Assembly: GCA_964016885.1 (NCBI GenBank)
Contig: OZ024754.1
Coordinates: 6,820,001 to 6,884,000 of the forward strand
DNA length: 64,000 bases
Direction: 5' to 3'
DNA from: Eledone cirrhosa
Taxonomy: Eukaryota
How positions within the stretch are numbered: the stretch's first letter is position 1; each line of letters opens with the position of its first letter. The notes beneath the pieces were generated by a model that saw only the letters and a program-made list of their open reading frames with translations, had not been told where the DNA came from and did not search any database. Positions 1 through 13,959 of this stretch are shown piece after piece. A program made the position numbers and the translations under genes.

Positions 1-699
1 GAAAAGTAGAAAATATACAGTGAATCAGTTTGATATTATTTATTTATTTAATCCTTTAGCATTTAAACTGGCTGCATCCAGTCAGAATTCTCTCACCATT
101 TTTATGTTCAAACCAGCTGTAACCAGCCACTCATACTGACATTAAGGGATTGTTTTTAAAATAAATAACATCAAAATCTCAGAGATTCGATATTATGTGA
201 GATAATTATATGAAATAAAGTGTTTACCATGAAAATATAATAGTAAATAAAAAGTAATGTAAATGCTAAGGGGTTAATCAATTTAAACGTCTGTATAGAG
301 CTTGTAAGCTATGACAGACTAGGAGAGATATCTAATATCCATTGTAATTAAGAAACAAAAACGAGAGAGAGGGGGAAAATAGAAAAGAAAGGGAAGCAAA
401 AAATAAGAAAAATGGTGTCAAACCAGGAGAGTTATAAAGCATGTACATGTTTCTGTTGTTGAATCATTTCATTGCCTCCATGTACAGGAAGATCTTGTTT
501 ATGGTTGGTAGATCTTTGACAAAGAGTATAGTACACCTCCAATCTTGGTTTTTTTATGACCAGCTTTAAGATGTCCCCTCTCTCTCTTTCAGACTAGGAG
601 GTTTTACAATGGAACAAATAGTACCATAGCTTTTCTAGGCAGTCCCCGCAATAATACAAAAGTGATTCTATATGACCTGTTCTTTAAAATATAGTTTAA

Positions 700-922
700 C
701 CCTTTAGCATTTACATTATTCTATATTTATTATTGTATTTTCACAGTAAAGGCTTCTTATCTTACATAATTATCTCACATGATATTGAATCTATGAGATT
801 TTGATATTATTTATTTTGAGAACAATATCTTAATGTAGGTATGAGTGGACAGTTACGGCCAGTTTGAACAGAAAGAGGTGAGAGAATTCTGGCCGGATAT
901 GGCTGGTTTAAATGCTAAAGGG
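700..922. mobile_element. piggyBac-type MITE (TTAA target, CCCTTTAGCATTTA TIR); copies at ~52-272, 4090-4290, 19000-19306, 19520-19771, 20050-20269, 25187-25551, 32385-32573, 42890-43096
   Basis: ttaa|ccctttagcattta ... taaatgctaaaggg|ttaa, ~200-220 bp, no ORF. Confidence 0.85.
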
Positions 923-1062
923 TTAAGGGGTATATGACCAGCTTCAAGATGTCCTTTCTCTCTCACTCTGTCTCAAACTGATGGTTTTTAATTCAACAAA
1001 TGGTTGTTTTGAGGAATGTAAACAATTGTCCAGGTTAACTACTTATATATAACTGGGTATAA

Positions 1063-1850
1063 GAGAGAAGACTGCACTGGTATGGACATGTGATGTGAAG
1101 GGATCAGATGTAGTGTGCAAGAGAGAACACTGCACTGGTATGGACATGTGATGTGTAGGAATCAGATGTAGTGTGCAAGAGAGAACACTGCACTGGTATG
1201 GACATGTGATGTGTAGGAATCAGATGTAGTGTGCAAGAGTGAAGACTGGACTGGTATGGACATGTGATGTGTAGGAATCAGATGTAGTGTGCAAGAGTGA
1301 AGACTGCACTGGTATGGACATGTGATGTGAAGGAATCAAATGTAGTGTGTAAGAGAGAACACTGCACTGGTATGGACATGTGATGTGTAGGAATCAGATG
1401 TAGTGTGCAAGAGAGAACACTGCACTGGTATGGACATGTGATGTGTAGGAATCAGATGTAGTGTGCAAGAGAGAACACTGCACTGGTATGGACATGTGAT
1501 GTGTAGGAATCAGATGTAGTGTGCAAGAGTGAAGACTGGACTGGTATGGACATGTGATGTGTAGGAATCAGATGTAGTGTGCAAGAGTGAAGACTGCACT
1601 GGTATGGACATGTGATGTGAAGGAATCAAATGTAGTGTGTAAGAGAGAACACTGCACTGGTATGGACATGTGATGTGTAGGAATCAGATGTAGTGTGCAA
1701 GAGAGAACACTGCACTGGTATGGACATGTGATGTGTAGGAATCAGATGTAGTGGGCAAGAGAGAACACTGCACTGGTATGGACATGTGATGTGTAGGAAT
1801 CAGATGTAGTGGGCAATAGAGAAGACAGCACTGGTATGGACATGTGATGG
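1063..1850. repeat. 58-bp minisatellite, ~13 units, RTE-derived
   Basis: Unit aggaatcagatgtagtgtgcaagagagaacactgcactggtatggacatgtgatgtgt. Confidence 0.95.
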
Positions 1851-1965
1851 CTATGAATGATGATCACTGGGTGATTCCAGTGGAAGGAAGTTGCAGTAGA
1901 GGAAAGCCATGGAAACACCATCACAGTGTTACAGATTGATAAGAAAGAAAATATTTAATATTTAC

Positions 1966-2050
1966 TAGCAGGATCGTTGACTTCCTTATAATTCTGACCC
2001 ACTTCAAAGTTAGACAAAGGTGTGCTACATGCTGTGGAGAAAGGCATTAC
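1966..2050 (-). CDS. IARS1: IARS1 coding exon 5 (gene continues beyond window start)
   Basis: [28 protein letters not shown]; 85 nt; cag/gtaaat. The next expected segment (AWTTTPWTLPSN) was not found in 1-1965. Confidence 0.96.
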
Positions 2051-2735
2051 CTGTAATATCGACAGAAATATAGATATATGAATGGGTAGGCCCCATCTGA
2101 CACGTTAAAACATTTTATTGCCACACATGAGATATTATCTATTGTTAGTGATTTCATAAAAAAACAAAAACACTCGGCAGTCTTTAATTTAACAGTTGTC
2201 ACCATCTCGGTCAACACAATGTCATCAAGGTGATAGTGCTATCACTGACATGACAGTGTCATGGAGGTGACAACACTGTTAGCTCAGTGGCAACACTGTT
2301 AGCTCAGTGGCAACACTGTGGATACATGGGCTCACTGATATGCTGCTTCAAAAAACAAAAAAGGAAGCTAAAAATATTTTAACCATACAATATGTCTGCT
2401 GTAATATAAATATATATCATCATCATTTCATTTTACGTCCGCTTTTCCCTGCTTGCAAGGGTGGGACGGGAACTGATTCTGGCTTGATTTCTACAGCTGG
2501 GTGCCCTTCCTAACACCAACCTCATTTACAGTGAGTGGCGGGTGCTTTTTTGCCACGACCACTTTTCAGTGGAATGATAGGGAACCCAGTCCCTATCATC
2601 TTATTTCTACAGCTGAATAAACTGCAGCAATGTGAAATAAAGTGTCTTGCTCAAGGAAACAGCACATCACTCGGTCTGAGAATTGAACTCAACTTTTCGA
2701 TTGCAAGGCCAATGTTCTAACCACTAAGCCATGTG

Positions 2736-2778
<43 letters not shown>

Positions 2779-3108
2779 AAATATTTGACTTAATTACTTT
2801 ATTTTATATATATATATATATATATATAAAATAAAGTAATTTGTAAAACACAAATATAATAAAAATGAAAACCTACTCCTCAAATATTCCCATGGGCATA
2901 CACGGAGAATGATTTTTTTTTTTTAGAAGATTATTACCAATGTGGATACATGCTCTCAAAAAGGTTTGCCATTTCTATAAAGATCTTCTTCAAGCAAATA
3001 TGAATGAGGTTACTATAAACTAACAACAATACTGAAGAAGTAGGTTTTTTAAAACAACACATTTATAACATTATAGGCGATAATAATTATCAGAGTATGT
3101 TTATTTAC

Positions 3109-3243
3109 CTTGTAGCCTTTGTAAACCATTCCTTTGACAAAAAGCTGGCGAAACATATACCAGACTGATTCCATAAAAGATGGGTACATGGTTTTGTAAT
3201 CATTGTCAAAATCTATCCAACGACCCAGCCTCGTCACAATCGA
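3109..3243 (-). CDS. IARS1: IARS1 coding exon 4
   Basis: [45 protein letters not shown]; 135 nt; cag/gtaaat. Confidence 0.97.
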
Positions 3244-3469
3244 CTGAAAGAAAAACAACAACATAATTGAGTAATTATAACAATTTGTTTTGAATAATAA
3301 TAATTGTTTCTACTTTTGGCACAAGGCCAGCAATTACCAGTGCATTACTGGTACTTTATTTTATTGACCCCGTAAGGATGAAAGACAAAGGCCGTAACTC
3401 TATACGTCAAAGCATGGCGTCCGACCCTCTACCGATACTGCCAATCCACCACCCTCTTGAATAATAATA

Positions 3470-3920
3470 ATAATAATGAAAATTATTGTGTACAGTGCTC
3501 AGGTGCACTACAACTCATCAAAGGTGCATGTATAGTACATAGAATAATGTAGAAATGTCAGGAAAGTGAATAGTGTATGAGTCATGATATACACACAGAT
3601 ACGTGCGTGTGTGTGTATGGAGGGGGAATATTAGGTGTAGTGTTGGCAAATTTCAGGAAGCATGGAGGTTTTAAAGGATGCAGTGTCTCGGCAGCTAACA
3701 ATTGATGCAGGGAGTTTGTTCCATGCTTCAGCAACTCTGAGTGTGAAAAAGTGTTTCCAAAAGTCATGGGAGCTGTGCTGTTTTCTGACTTTGTAGGCAT
3801 GTCCACATGTGTTAGACACATGGAATTCAAAAAGGTGCTCAGGGTTGTTGTTGGCAAGATGGTTAATAATTTTGTGGGTGTTTACTAAGTCAGTTGCCAG
3901 TCGTTGGAGCTTTAATTTTT
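3470..3920 (-). mobile_element. CR1/L2-type LINE 3' end; opposite-strand copy at ~31565-31815
   Basis: NTRGHxxKVRKQHSSxDFRKHFFTLRVAEAWNKLP motif (TRGH...FF..RV...WN.LP). Confidence 0.8.
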
Positions 3921-4493
3921 GTAAGAGGTGGTGTTAAGACTGAAGCTTACTGGAACTTATGTTATCAACTAAAATGGAAATCATTTCTATCTAGTCCATT
4001 TTGATATAAGGTAAAGGTAAAAAGCTTCTAACTTCTAGTGAAATTATAGGTGTACAGTCCTGATACATGAAGTGTCTTGGGAATTTTAACCCTTTAGCAA
4101 TTACATTACTCTATATTTACTATTATATTTTCACGGTAAACGCTTTATCTCACATAATATCGATTCTATGAGATTTTGATATTATTTATTTTGAAAACAA
4201 TACCTTAACAGAACAGCTTAACATGGCCAATTTGATCAAAAAGGGGTGAGAGAATTCTGGCCACATATAGCCGGTTTAAATGCTAAAGGGTTAAACCTGA
4301 TAGAGATCATCTCCTCTCCAGGTCTGAACATAGCTGATTTCTTCCAGAAAAGGGGAGAAAGCGTGGTATATATATATATATATATGAACACTATAAAACA
4401 AACAGTTTTATATCATAGAAATAGGGACAGCTTCAGTTAATTTGGCATCAAAAGGGTTAAATTTGAAATGAAATACATGAAAAAGAACCAAAC

Positions 4494-4613
4494 CTTCCAT
4501 TCTTTTGAATATCTCATCACAATCTTGCGACATTCCTGGTTGTAAGCAGCAATTCCCATCTTTTCAACATCTTCAGGTCCTTTGATATTCAACATTTTGT
4601 CTATTTCAAATTC
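4494..4613 (-). CDS. IARS1: IARS1 coding exon 3
   Basis: EFEIDKMLNIKGPEDVEKMGIAAYNQECRKIVMRYSKEWK; cag/gt boundaries; 120 nt. Confidence 0.97.
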
Positions 4614-5409
4614 CTGACAAATAACAATAATAATAATTTCTTTTATTGGCCACAAGAGTCCAATATATTGGGGACAATACATTATACATACATACACACA
4701 CACATACATACACACACACATACATACGTACCCACACACAATCATGCATGCATGCACACATACATATACATACACACAAATATATACATATATATATGCA
4801 TGATGGCTGCAATCTCTGCTAAGAGTATTGCAATCGCTTGTCAGATTACAGAAAATGGTGTACTTTTAGGCTACCTGTAACATATCCTGAACAAGTAATG
4901 CCTGCGCTTTGATGGTTTTTTAAGAGGGGAAAGGCCTTACACTCGACCAATCCCACTTTCTGAGCATCAAAAACACTACCCATAAAGGAGAACTGGTCAA
5001 CATCATCGGATGCTGCCGAAGTCGCAGGTTTTTTTCAGAGATTTCTTCTCCTAGAAAAGTGTTGTGACAACAACTGGGGGTCTTTTCACTTCTAGATGAA
5101 AAAAAAAAAGTGCTATTTTAATGGCCGTTGAGTTGACTCTGCTGAGTTCCTTCGCCCTTTGTCGGGTCTTGTATTTCATCCCGCAGGGTGTCCAAACCAA
5201 ATATCACCCTCCTCACTAAGCATACATACAATATACATACATACATACAATAGACATACATATATCTCATCATCATCAATGGTTTTACATCAACTTTTGG
5301 GTTGGGTGGGACTTTTTGAGGCAATGCATTACAGTTGGATGCCCTTCCTATCCCTTCCTATAACCAAACACATTTCCACCCCCAGCATAAACCAAGTTGA
5401 TATACTTAC

Positions 5410-5566
5410 AATAGGCAGGCCATGGCAATCCCAGCCAAATCGCCGCTCCACATAGTAGCCATTTAGACTGGCATATCTGGTGACAATGTCTTTGATGGTT
5501 CCGGCCAGAATATGTCCATAGTGAGGCAGTCCAGTAGCAAAAGGGGGCCCATCATAGAAACTATAT
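5410..5566 (-). CDS. IARS1: IARS1 coding exon 2 (HIGH motif)
   Basis: [52 protein letters not shown] contains the class I HYGH signature and GWDCHGLP; AG/GT boundaries; 157 nt. Confidence 0.98.
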
Positions 5567-5972
5567 CTGAAACAACAAAATAATTCAACATAAATATTTA
5601 TATACTATACTGGCAAACACATATTTATATGTAGGCCTCATAAGTATATGGTAAAGTGTGCATGTGTGTATATTCGTGCATGCATGTGTGTATATATGTG
5701 TATATTCGTGCATGCATGTGTGTATATATGTGTATGTGCAGGTGCATGAGCGTGTTTAAGGATGTGCATGACTCTGTGATTGTGTGCTTGTATGTGAGTG
5801 TGTGTGTTTCTGAATAATGTGTGTGTGTGTGTGTGTGTGTGAGCGCATGTGTTACCAGGTTTCTGATCAATATTTTCTTCACCTTACCCTTGTGTCACAG
5901 TCAGCTCCCCAGCCCCTCCACAAAGCACATTTCCAAGACAGAACAGAACAGAACCCTTAAAAATTTCCTTAC

Positions 5973-6091
5973 CTTGGACGCCCTTCACTGAGCTTCATGG
6001 ATGTTTGGAATGCATCGATCTCTTCCCAGAATTGAAGAATTTTCTCCTCTTCATTAGGGAAGTCGATAGTTTCAGTGACTGTTTGTGCCAT
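5973..6091 (-). CDS. IARS1: Isoleucyl-tRNA synthetase (cytoplasmic), first coding exon
   Basis: ATG at 6091 reads MAQTVTETIDFPNEEEKILQFWEEIDAFQTSMKLSEGRP(R), matching the eukaryotic IleRS N-terminus (FPxEEEKILxFW). GTAAGG donor at 5972; ttag acceptor just upstream (exon starts 6101); 119 nt, phase 2. Confidence 0.95.
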
Positions 6092-6505
6092 AGATTGAAC
6101 CCTAAGAAATAGAACAAGAGAACAGAGATTTAGGGACCAGTCACACCACTCACTGTACCCTGAGAATTAGGGGCAGCAAATAAAAATAAATTCCAAATAA
6201 GTTCAAGTGTAGGTTGAACCTTTAGGAATAGAATTAACTGGTAGTTAAGAAATTCGCTTCACAACCATGTTTTAGGTTTGTCACCCCATCCAGCCCTTGC
6301 AAGCAGGGAACTGGATGTTATATATATATATAGGGAAAGTGGACGTTAAAACAACAATGATGATGCACCAACCACAGGATTCAACATCAACATTGGATGA
6401 GTTGTGCAATGTAGAGTGCTTTTGTACTATTACATCAGAGTTAACTAATTGGAATGACCCCAGTTCTATCCAGTTGTGAACCACTAAATATAAATCAATA
6501 TAAAC

Positions 6506-6539
<34 letters not shown>

Positions 6540-7089
6540 ATATATATACCCTTACTAGTAGCGAAAATGGATGTTAAATGATGATGATCATATATATATA
6601 TATCTGTGTGAAAATAAATATATACAAACATACAGATATATAAACATAGAGTCCTTTACCTACTAATACATCATGATTAACTAATCGGAATGACCAGTTC
6701 TGTCCAGTAGTAAACAACTAAACAAATCTATCTATCTATCTCTCTCTATATATATATATATATCGATATATAAATATATATATATATCAATATATATATA
6801 TATATATATGAATATATAAATTAATAAAAACATAAAAACAATGAAATAAAACAAAGAACAAGTTCCTTATATTAAAAAATTCATCATTTTACGATCGTTT
6901 CTAGGATATATATATGTGTGTTGGTATGTATATCATATAGATCTATGTAAAAATTTTACAAACTATCAGAGGAAATATACATTTATCTACATATATAAAT
7001 ATATATATATATACCCTGACTAGCAATGAAAATGGATGTTAAATGATGATGATCGTATATATATATATATATATATATTTCATTTCATT

Positions 7090-7842
7090 TCATTTTACGT
7101 CCGCTTTTCCCTGCTTGCAAGAGTGGGACGGGAACTGATTCTGGCTTGATTTCTACAGCTGGATGCCCTTCCTAACACCAACCTCATTTACAGTGAGTGC
7201 TGGGTGCTTTTTTGCCGTAGCACCTACACGACCACTTTGCAGTGGAATGATATGGACCCCAGTCCCTATCATCTCATTTCTACAGCTGAGTAAACTGCAG
7301 CAATGTGAAATAAAGTGTCTTGCTCAAGGAAACAACACATCACCCGGTCTGAGAATTGAACTCACAACCTTTCGATTGCAAGGCCAAACCACTAAGCCAT
7401 GTACCTCCATATATATATATGGGTTTAAATAAATATATATAAATATACACACACAGAGATATATAAATACGACCGTGACCTCTGGCGTCACACAGTAATA
7501 CAGAGTACCCGACCTCCCATGGGTACAAGCTGAAGCATATAGACAATATGCCCCCACACCCCCCACTGCAAGGTGGTCGTGGAGGTGCCACGGCAAAAAA
7601 TCACCCAGCCCACACTGTAAAGTGGACGTGTAGGCGCCACGGCAAAAAAGCACCCAGCCCTCACTGTAAACGAGGTTGGTGTTAGGAAGGGAATCCAGGT
7701 GTAGAAATCAAGCCAGAATCAGTTCCTGTATGAGCAAGGCATGGTCAGCCGACCAGACACTGCCCACAACAGGACAACCCATCTAAGCCATGCTAGCGTG
7801 GAAGAACGGACGTAAAACGGTGATGATGATGATGATGATGAT
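7090..7842. mobile_element. Composite of RTE-tail-derived repeats and CORE-type SINE head; similar composites at ~2420-2738, 11640-11928, 20465-20723
   Basis: Recurrent acgtccgcttttccctgcttgcaagggtgggacggg...ggatgcccttcctaacaccaacc and aagtgtcttgctcaaggaaacaac...ctaaccactaagccatgtgcc blocks. Confidence 0.75.
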
Positions 7843-8297
7843 GAGATATCTATGTGTTACATAAACATAATTAATCATTGTTAAGTATAAAAGGTGGAAG
7901 TGACCATATTTACAATGGCAAGAGAGAAGCTGTCAATTTATGGCACCAGTTCTAAGATAATCATTGGAATTGGTCCAACTTTGCAATTTAGGGTTACTAT
8001 TGAGTAATACGATGGTGTCGTCGTTGTTGTTGTTGCTGTTGTGTTTTTACTTCCTTATTTTCAAACTCTTTCTCTTACTGCTAGTATAGATTGTTTGAGT
8101 GGAGGATGGAGGGGGGAGATATGGGAGGGGTGGAAGGTGGTAATAGGAAGATGAGTGATCCAGCAAGATGGGGTGGGATGGGGGATGGGGGGGCGAAAGA
8201 GGGAAAGGAAAGGAAGAAGATAAGGATAGGAGGATGAGTGAGCGAGGAAGTAATGAAGGTTAATGAGAACCCTCCTCCCACCTCCACTAACACATGT

Positions 8298-8348
<51 letters not shown>

Positions 8349-8569
8349 CGTGCATGTATGTGTGTGTATATATATATAGATAAACTGAGGATATATATAT
8401 ATATATATTTATATGTATATATATATATATTTATATGTATATATATATATATATTTATATCTATATATATTTATATATATATATTTACATATATACATAT
8501 ATAGTTATGTTTATATACATATATATATATATATACACACACACATAGATTGATAGATATAGATATATA

Positions 8570-9615
8570 GATATTTTGCCCCAAATGCAAACAATGGGTA
8601 CACAAGAGATGTAGCGGGATCTCAGGAAGCTTAATTAAGAATGTAGGATTCACATGCAGCAGCTGTGCTGAAACAGCAAGCAAACAGCCACAGGAAACAA
8701 GTACCACCAATCTCTGGGAGGGCCCTGTAGAAACAGTAGACAGCTTCTGCTACCTAGGTGACCGAATTAGCAACGGAGGTGGGTGCTCAGAAAGTACAAT
8801 AACTAGGGTAAGAACGGGATGGAAGAAGTTTAGGGAACTACTACCACTGCTAGCTGCAAAAGGCTTCTCCCTCAGAATGAAAGGCAGACTGTATGATGCG
8901 TGTATCCGAACAGCGATGTTGCATGGTAGTGAGACCTGGGCGCTGAAGGTGGAAGACTTACGTAGATTAGAGAGAAACGAAGCCTGCATGCTCCGATGGA
9001 TGTGTAACAGTAATATACGCGAACGACAAAGCATAAATGAATTGAGAGAGAGACTGAGCATAAGAGGAATCAAATGCTGCGTGCAGGAGAGGCGGTTACG
9101 CTGGTATGGACATGTGATGCGTATGAAGGATGACAGCTGCATAAAAAGGTGCAGAGCACTAGAAGTTGATGGAAACCGCGGAGTGGGGAGACCCAAGATG
9201 ACTTGGGATGAGGTGATAAAAGCCGACCTTACCCAACTACACCTCTCAAAGTCAATGACACACGACCGTGACTTCTGGCGTCACGCAGTAATACAGGGTA
9301 CCCGACCTCCCATGGGTACATGCTGAAGCATATAAACAATATGCCCCCCCCCCCCCCCCACCGCAAGGTGGTCGTGGAGGTGCCACGGCAAAAAAGCACC
9401 CAGCCCACACTGTAAAGTGGACGTGTAGGCGCCACGAAAAAGCACCCAGCACTCACTGTAAATGAGGTTGGTGTTAGGAAGGGCATCCAGCTGTAGAAAT
9501 CAAGCCAGATCAGTTCCTGTATGAGCAAGGCATGGTCAGCCGACCAGACACTGCCCACAACAGGACAACCCGTCTAACCCATGCTAGCGTGGAAGAACGG
9601 ACGTAAAACGGTGTA
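8570..9615 (+). mobile_element. 5'-truncated RTE-type LINE (C-terminal ORF plus 3' tail)
   Basis: FCYLGDRI...KGRLYDACIRTAMLHGSETWA...ERRLRWYGHVMR...GRPKMTW is the post-RT region typical of RTE-clade ORFs, followed by the ggtgttaggaagggcatccagc tail. Confidence 0.9.
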
Positions 9616-9654
9616 AAACGGTGTATCTATCAATATATATATATGTGTGTGTGC

Positions 9655-9711
<57 letters not shown>

Positions 9712-10032
9712 TATTTCTATCTATATATTTATATATATAGATAGATATAGATTGATAGATATACATATATAGATATGTATCTATATATATATATATATGA
9801 GTGTGTGTATATATATATATATATATACAAACATACATGGTGTGTGTGCGTGTGTGTGTGTAATACACGTGTGAAATGGAATGAAAAAATATGGCAATTT
9901 GACATAAACAAGTTACTTAAATATGAAACAGTTCTTTCAATATGAGTCATCTCATAAAAACTAACGCCAAATAAATATTGACCCAGCTCATCCCCACATG
10001 ACCCTTCATCACCTTGACCCCTTATTAATTAG

Positions 10033-10226
10033 AGGGGGGTGGATTGGCAGTATCGGTAGAGGGTCGGACGCCATGCTTTCCAGCATAGAGTTACGGCCCT
10101 TTATGATCTGAGTTCAAATCTCGCCGAGGTTAACTTTGCCTTTCATCCTTACGGGGTCGATAAAATAAAGTACCAGTAATGTACTGGGTTATTACTGCTG
10201 GCTTTGTGCCAAAAGTAGAAACAATT
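10033..10226 (+). mobile_element. tRNA-derived SINE, most abundant family; copies ~3305-3452(-), 17850-18030, 18813-18990, 21660-22040, 24960-25112(-), 35060-35930 (array), 37460-37610, 49703-49882, 52216-52406, 52590-52765, 54400-54690, 55830-56020, 60370-60620(-)
   Basis: A-box-like tggcagtatcggtag, B-box gagttcaaatccc, body ttaactttgcctttcatccttacggggtcgataaaataaagtaccagt; clear TSDs on several copies. Confidence 0.9.
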
Positions 10227-11109
10227 AATTAGAGGATACTATCATATTTAAAACCTTCAGCTGTAGTAATCTCTCCCTGCTCCCTCCCAACCAATCAACC
10301 CACCTTGACTTTATTTTCATTGCACCTCACTATCCCACCCCACACACCTGTTTCTAAATTAGGTCACTGAGTGCGCTAAGTAAAAAGTATATTAAAAAAA
10401 TTTGTTCTCGTTGATGAAAAAAATTTAATACACAAACACAAAGAGAGAATGACTTCCTTATTTACTATCCGCTTCAGTTAATAGGTCTTTAGATAAAGTG
10501 TGTAACTTGGTGCTCGGAGAGGTACTCCAGGTAGGGCCGCTACTTCTCTGAATTGAGACATCACAGCTCCGATACTATGGACATGTGGTTAGATTGGGGT
10601 CCCCCCAAAACGTCTTTGGAAGAACGTTACTTGATAGAGTGCGTAGCTTGGAGATCAGAGAGGCACTTCGGAGAAGTAGCAGCTCTACCTGGAGTGTCTT
10701 TCTGATCCCCGAGTTACGCACTTTATAAAGTAATGTTATTCCAAAGACCTTTCGGAGGGACCCCATAGTATCAGAGCTGTGATCTTTCAATTCGGAGAAG
10801 TAGCAACTTCTCTGAATTGAGAGTTCACAGCTCCAATACTAGGGGCATGTGAAGATGGTTGCTTCTGACAGGGACCCTTTGGAAGGAGTGTTTGAGGACT
10901 CTGCCCCCACGACCCTCTCAGGAAATGGTGGGCAAAGAAGATGAAGACCTATGTTATTTCATTGTTATGATTCACATTTGTGCAGGTCTAAGTTCCATCT
11001 AATAAGAGGTTAGGTTTCTTAAATGATTTACTGACAGGGTGTGCACCCGTTTCTGCCCCACAGCCAGTCCTATAACGTCACCATTTTTCCAATTTAAAGG
11101 AAGTAAAAT

Positions 11110-11149
<40 letters not shown>

Positions 11150-11334
11150 CAAATAAGGTGTGGTAAGATACCAGGTGGACCATAACGCACCAGAGTACTC
11201 GATACTTAGGGTAGTAGAGTGGGTAATAGGAAAAGTGGGTAATCTGAACAGATCTAACTGTCGAAAGGGCCAGAGCTCAGCTGTTAGGGGTCCTGAATCT
11301 TTTCCTATATATATATATATATATATATAACTGT

Positions 11335-11626
11335 GTCTGAGAGGGATAGAATGTTGTGTGCGAGAGAGGAGACTGAGGTGGTATGGACATGTGATGCACA
11401 TGGAGGATGACCGATGGGTGAAGAAGTGCCAGGAAATGCCAGTTGAAGGAAGACGTGGTAGAGGTAGACCACGAAAAACATGGGCGGAGGTGGTGAGAGC
11501 AGACCTCAGATCGCTGAAGCTCACGGTGGAGATGACGAAGAACCGTGACAAGTGGAGAGATGCTGTGCTAAATAAGACCTGTCCCACCCTTGCAAGCAGG
11601 GAAAAGCTGACGGATGATGATGATAT
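11335..11626 (+). mobile_element. RTE-type LINE 3' fragment
   Basis: RERRLRWYGHVMHMEDDRWVKK...RGRGRPRKTWAEVV; ends in (GAT)n. Confidence 0.85.
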
Positions 11627-11930
11627 ATAAAATATCATCATCATCATCATTTAATTTTACGTCCGCTTTTTCCCTGCTTGCAAGGGTGGGACGGGAACTG
11701 ATGCTGGCTTGATTTCTACAGCTGGATGCCCTTCCTAACACCAACCTCATTTACAGTGAGTGCTGGGTACTTTTTTGCCGTGGCACCTCCACAACCACTT
11801 TAGTAAACTGGAGCAATGTGAAATAAAGTGTCTTGCTCAAGGAAACAACACATCACCCGGTCTGAGAATTGAACTCACAACCTTTCGATTGCAAGGCCAA
11901 TGCTCTAACCACTAAGCCATGTGCCTCCAT

Positions 11931-12129
<199 letters not shown>

Positions 12130-12429
12130 GAGCTTCCTTACAGTTTCCCTCTACCAAATTCACTCTCAAGACATTGATCAGCCCCAAGCTAAAAGACACT
12201 TGCCTGAAGATCCACAGAGGGATGGAACCTGAAACTACAGACTTGTGAAGTGAAAACATCTTAACCACACAGCCATACATATACCTTATGTACATACATA
12301 TGTATTGACATATCTACAGGTGGGCAGATGGCTAGATAGCTGGCTGGGTGGGTGGGTGGATGTCAGGTGGGTGAGAAGATAGTTGGATTAGTGGATGGGT
12401 GGGTGGTGGGTTAACTGAATGGTTAGATA

Positions 12430-13832
12430 GAGTGATGGATGGTTGACCGACAGACTGGGTGGATGGTTAGATGGCTGGATTATTGACCAGCAGACTGGGT
12501 AGCTAGATGGCAGGAGAGATGAATGGATCATTGACCAGCAGACTGGAGTGATGGATGGTTGACCGACAGACTGGGTGGATGGTTAGATGGCTGGATGAAT
12601 AGATCGCTGGCTGACTGGGTGGGTGGATGGCTAAATAAATAGATCACTGACCGCCAGACTGGGTAGATGAATGGATCGCTGGGCTGTCGGCTGACTGGGT
12701 GGGTGGATGGCTTGATGGCTGGATCATTGACCAGCAGACTGGGTGGCTAGAGGGATGAATGGATCATTGACCAGCAGACTGACTGGATGGCTTGATGGCT
12801 TGATGTCTGGAATATTGACCAGCAGACTGGGTGGGTGGATGGATGAGTCGATGAATGGATCATTGACCAGCATACTGAATGGGTGAGTGGATGGCTTTAT
12901 GGCTTGATGTCTGGAATATTGACCGGCAGACTGGGTGGGTGGATGGCTGGAGGGATGGATGAATGGATCATTGACCAGTGGACTGACTGGGTGGCTAGAT
13001 CTTTGACCAGCAGACTGGGTAGGTAGATGACTGGAGGGATGGATGAATGGATCATTGACCAGTGGACTGACTGGGTGGCTAGATCTTTGACCAGCAGACT
13101 GGGTAGGTAGATGACTGGAGGGATGGATGAATGGATCATTGACCAGTGGACTGACTGGGTGGCTAGATCTTTGACCAGCAGACTGGGTAGGTAGATGACT
13201 GGAGGGATGGATGAATGGATCATTGACCAGTGGACTGACTGGGTGGCTAGATCTTTGACCAGCAGACTGGGTAGGTAGATGACTGGAGGGATGGATGAAT
13301 GGATCATTGACCAGTGGACTGACTGGGTGGCTAGATCTTTGACCAGCAGACTGGGTAGGTAGATGACTGGAGGGATGGATGAATGGATCATTGACCAATG
13401 GACTGACTGGGTGGCTAGATCATTGACCAGCAGACTGGGTAGGTAGATGGCTGGAGGGATGGATGAATGGATCATTGACCAGTGGACTGACTGGGTGGCT
13501 AGATCTTTGACCAGCAGACTGGGTAGGTAGATGGCTGGAGGGATGGATGAATGGATCATTGACCAGTGGACTGACTGGGTGGCTAGATCTTTGACCAGCA
13601 GACTGGGTAGGTAGATGACTGGAGGGATGGATGAATGGATCATTGACCAGTGGACTGACTGGGTGGCTAGATCTTTGACCAGCAGACTGGGTAGGTAGAT
13701 GGCTGGAGGGATGGATGAATGGATCATTGACCAGTGGACTGACTGGGTGGCTAGATCATTGACCAGCAGACTGGGTAGGTAGATGGCTGGAGGGATGGAT
13801 GAATGGATCATTGACCAGTGGACTGACTGGGT
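12430..13832. repeat. 84-bp minisatellite (~10 homogeneous units from ~12950) with degenerate flank
   Basis: Unit ggatgaatggatcattgaccagtggactgactgggtggctagatctttgaccagcagactgggtaggtagatgactggagggat. Confidence 0.95.
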
Positions 13833-13959
13833 GGGCGGTCAGCAGGATTTTATATTTCACAACAAATCAATAAACCCACGTAAACGATTTCATTTCTTTC
13901 ACAACTAAATTGATACGATTGTGCAGGACAAACAGCTTCTAATATTTGTTGGTGGGGGT

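Noticed and set aside
1063-1850. Regular repeats suggestive of a CRISPR array (also 13960-14168 and 58971-60110)
   Set aside because: Units are contiguous with no unique spacers, the context is eukaryotic, and there are no cas genes.
5881-5972. Alternative IARS1 donor (AGG|GTAAGG near 5888) or intronic H/ACA snoRNA
   Set aside because: The extension hits an immediate in-frame TAA, and I could not build a two-hairpin H/ACA structure by eye.
8877-9326. 149-aa ORF as a host gene or active retrotransposon
   Set aside because: Only the post-RT C-terminus of a 5'-truncated RTE; no endonuclease or RT core in the window.
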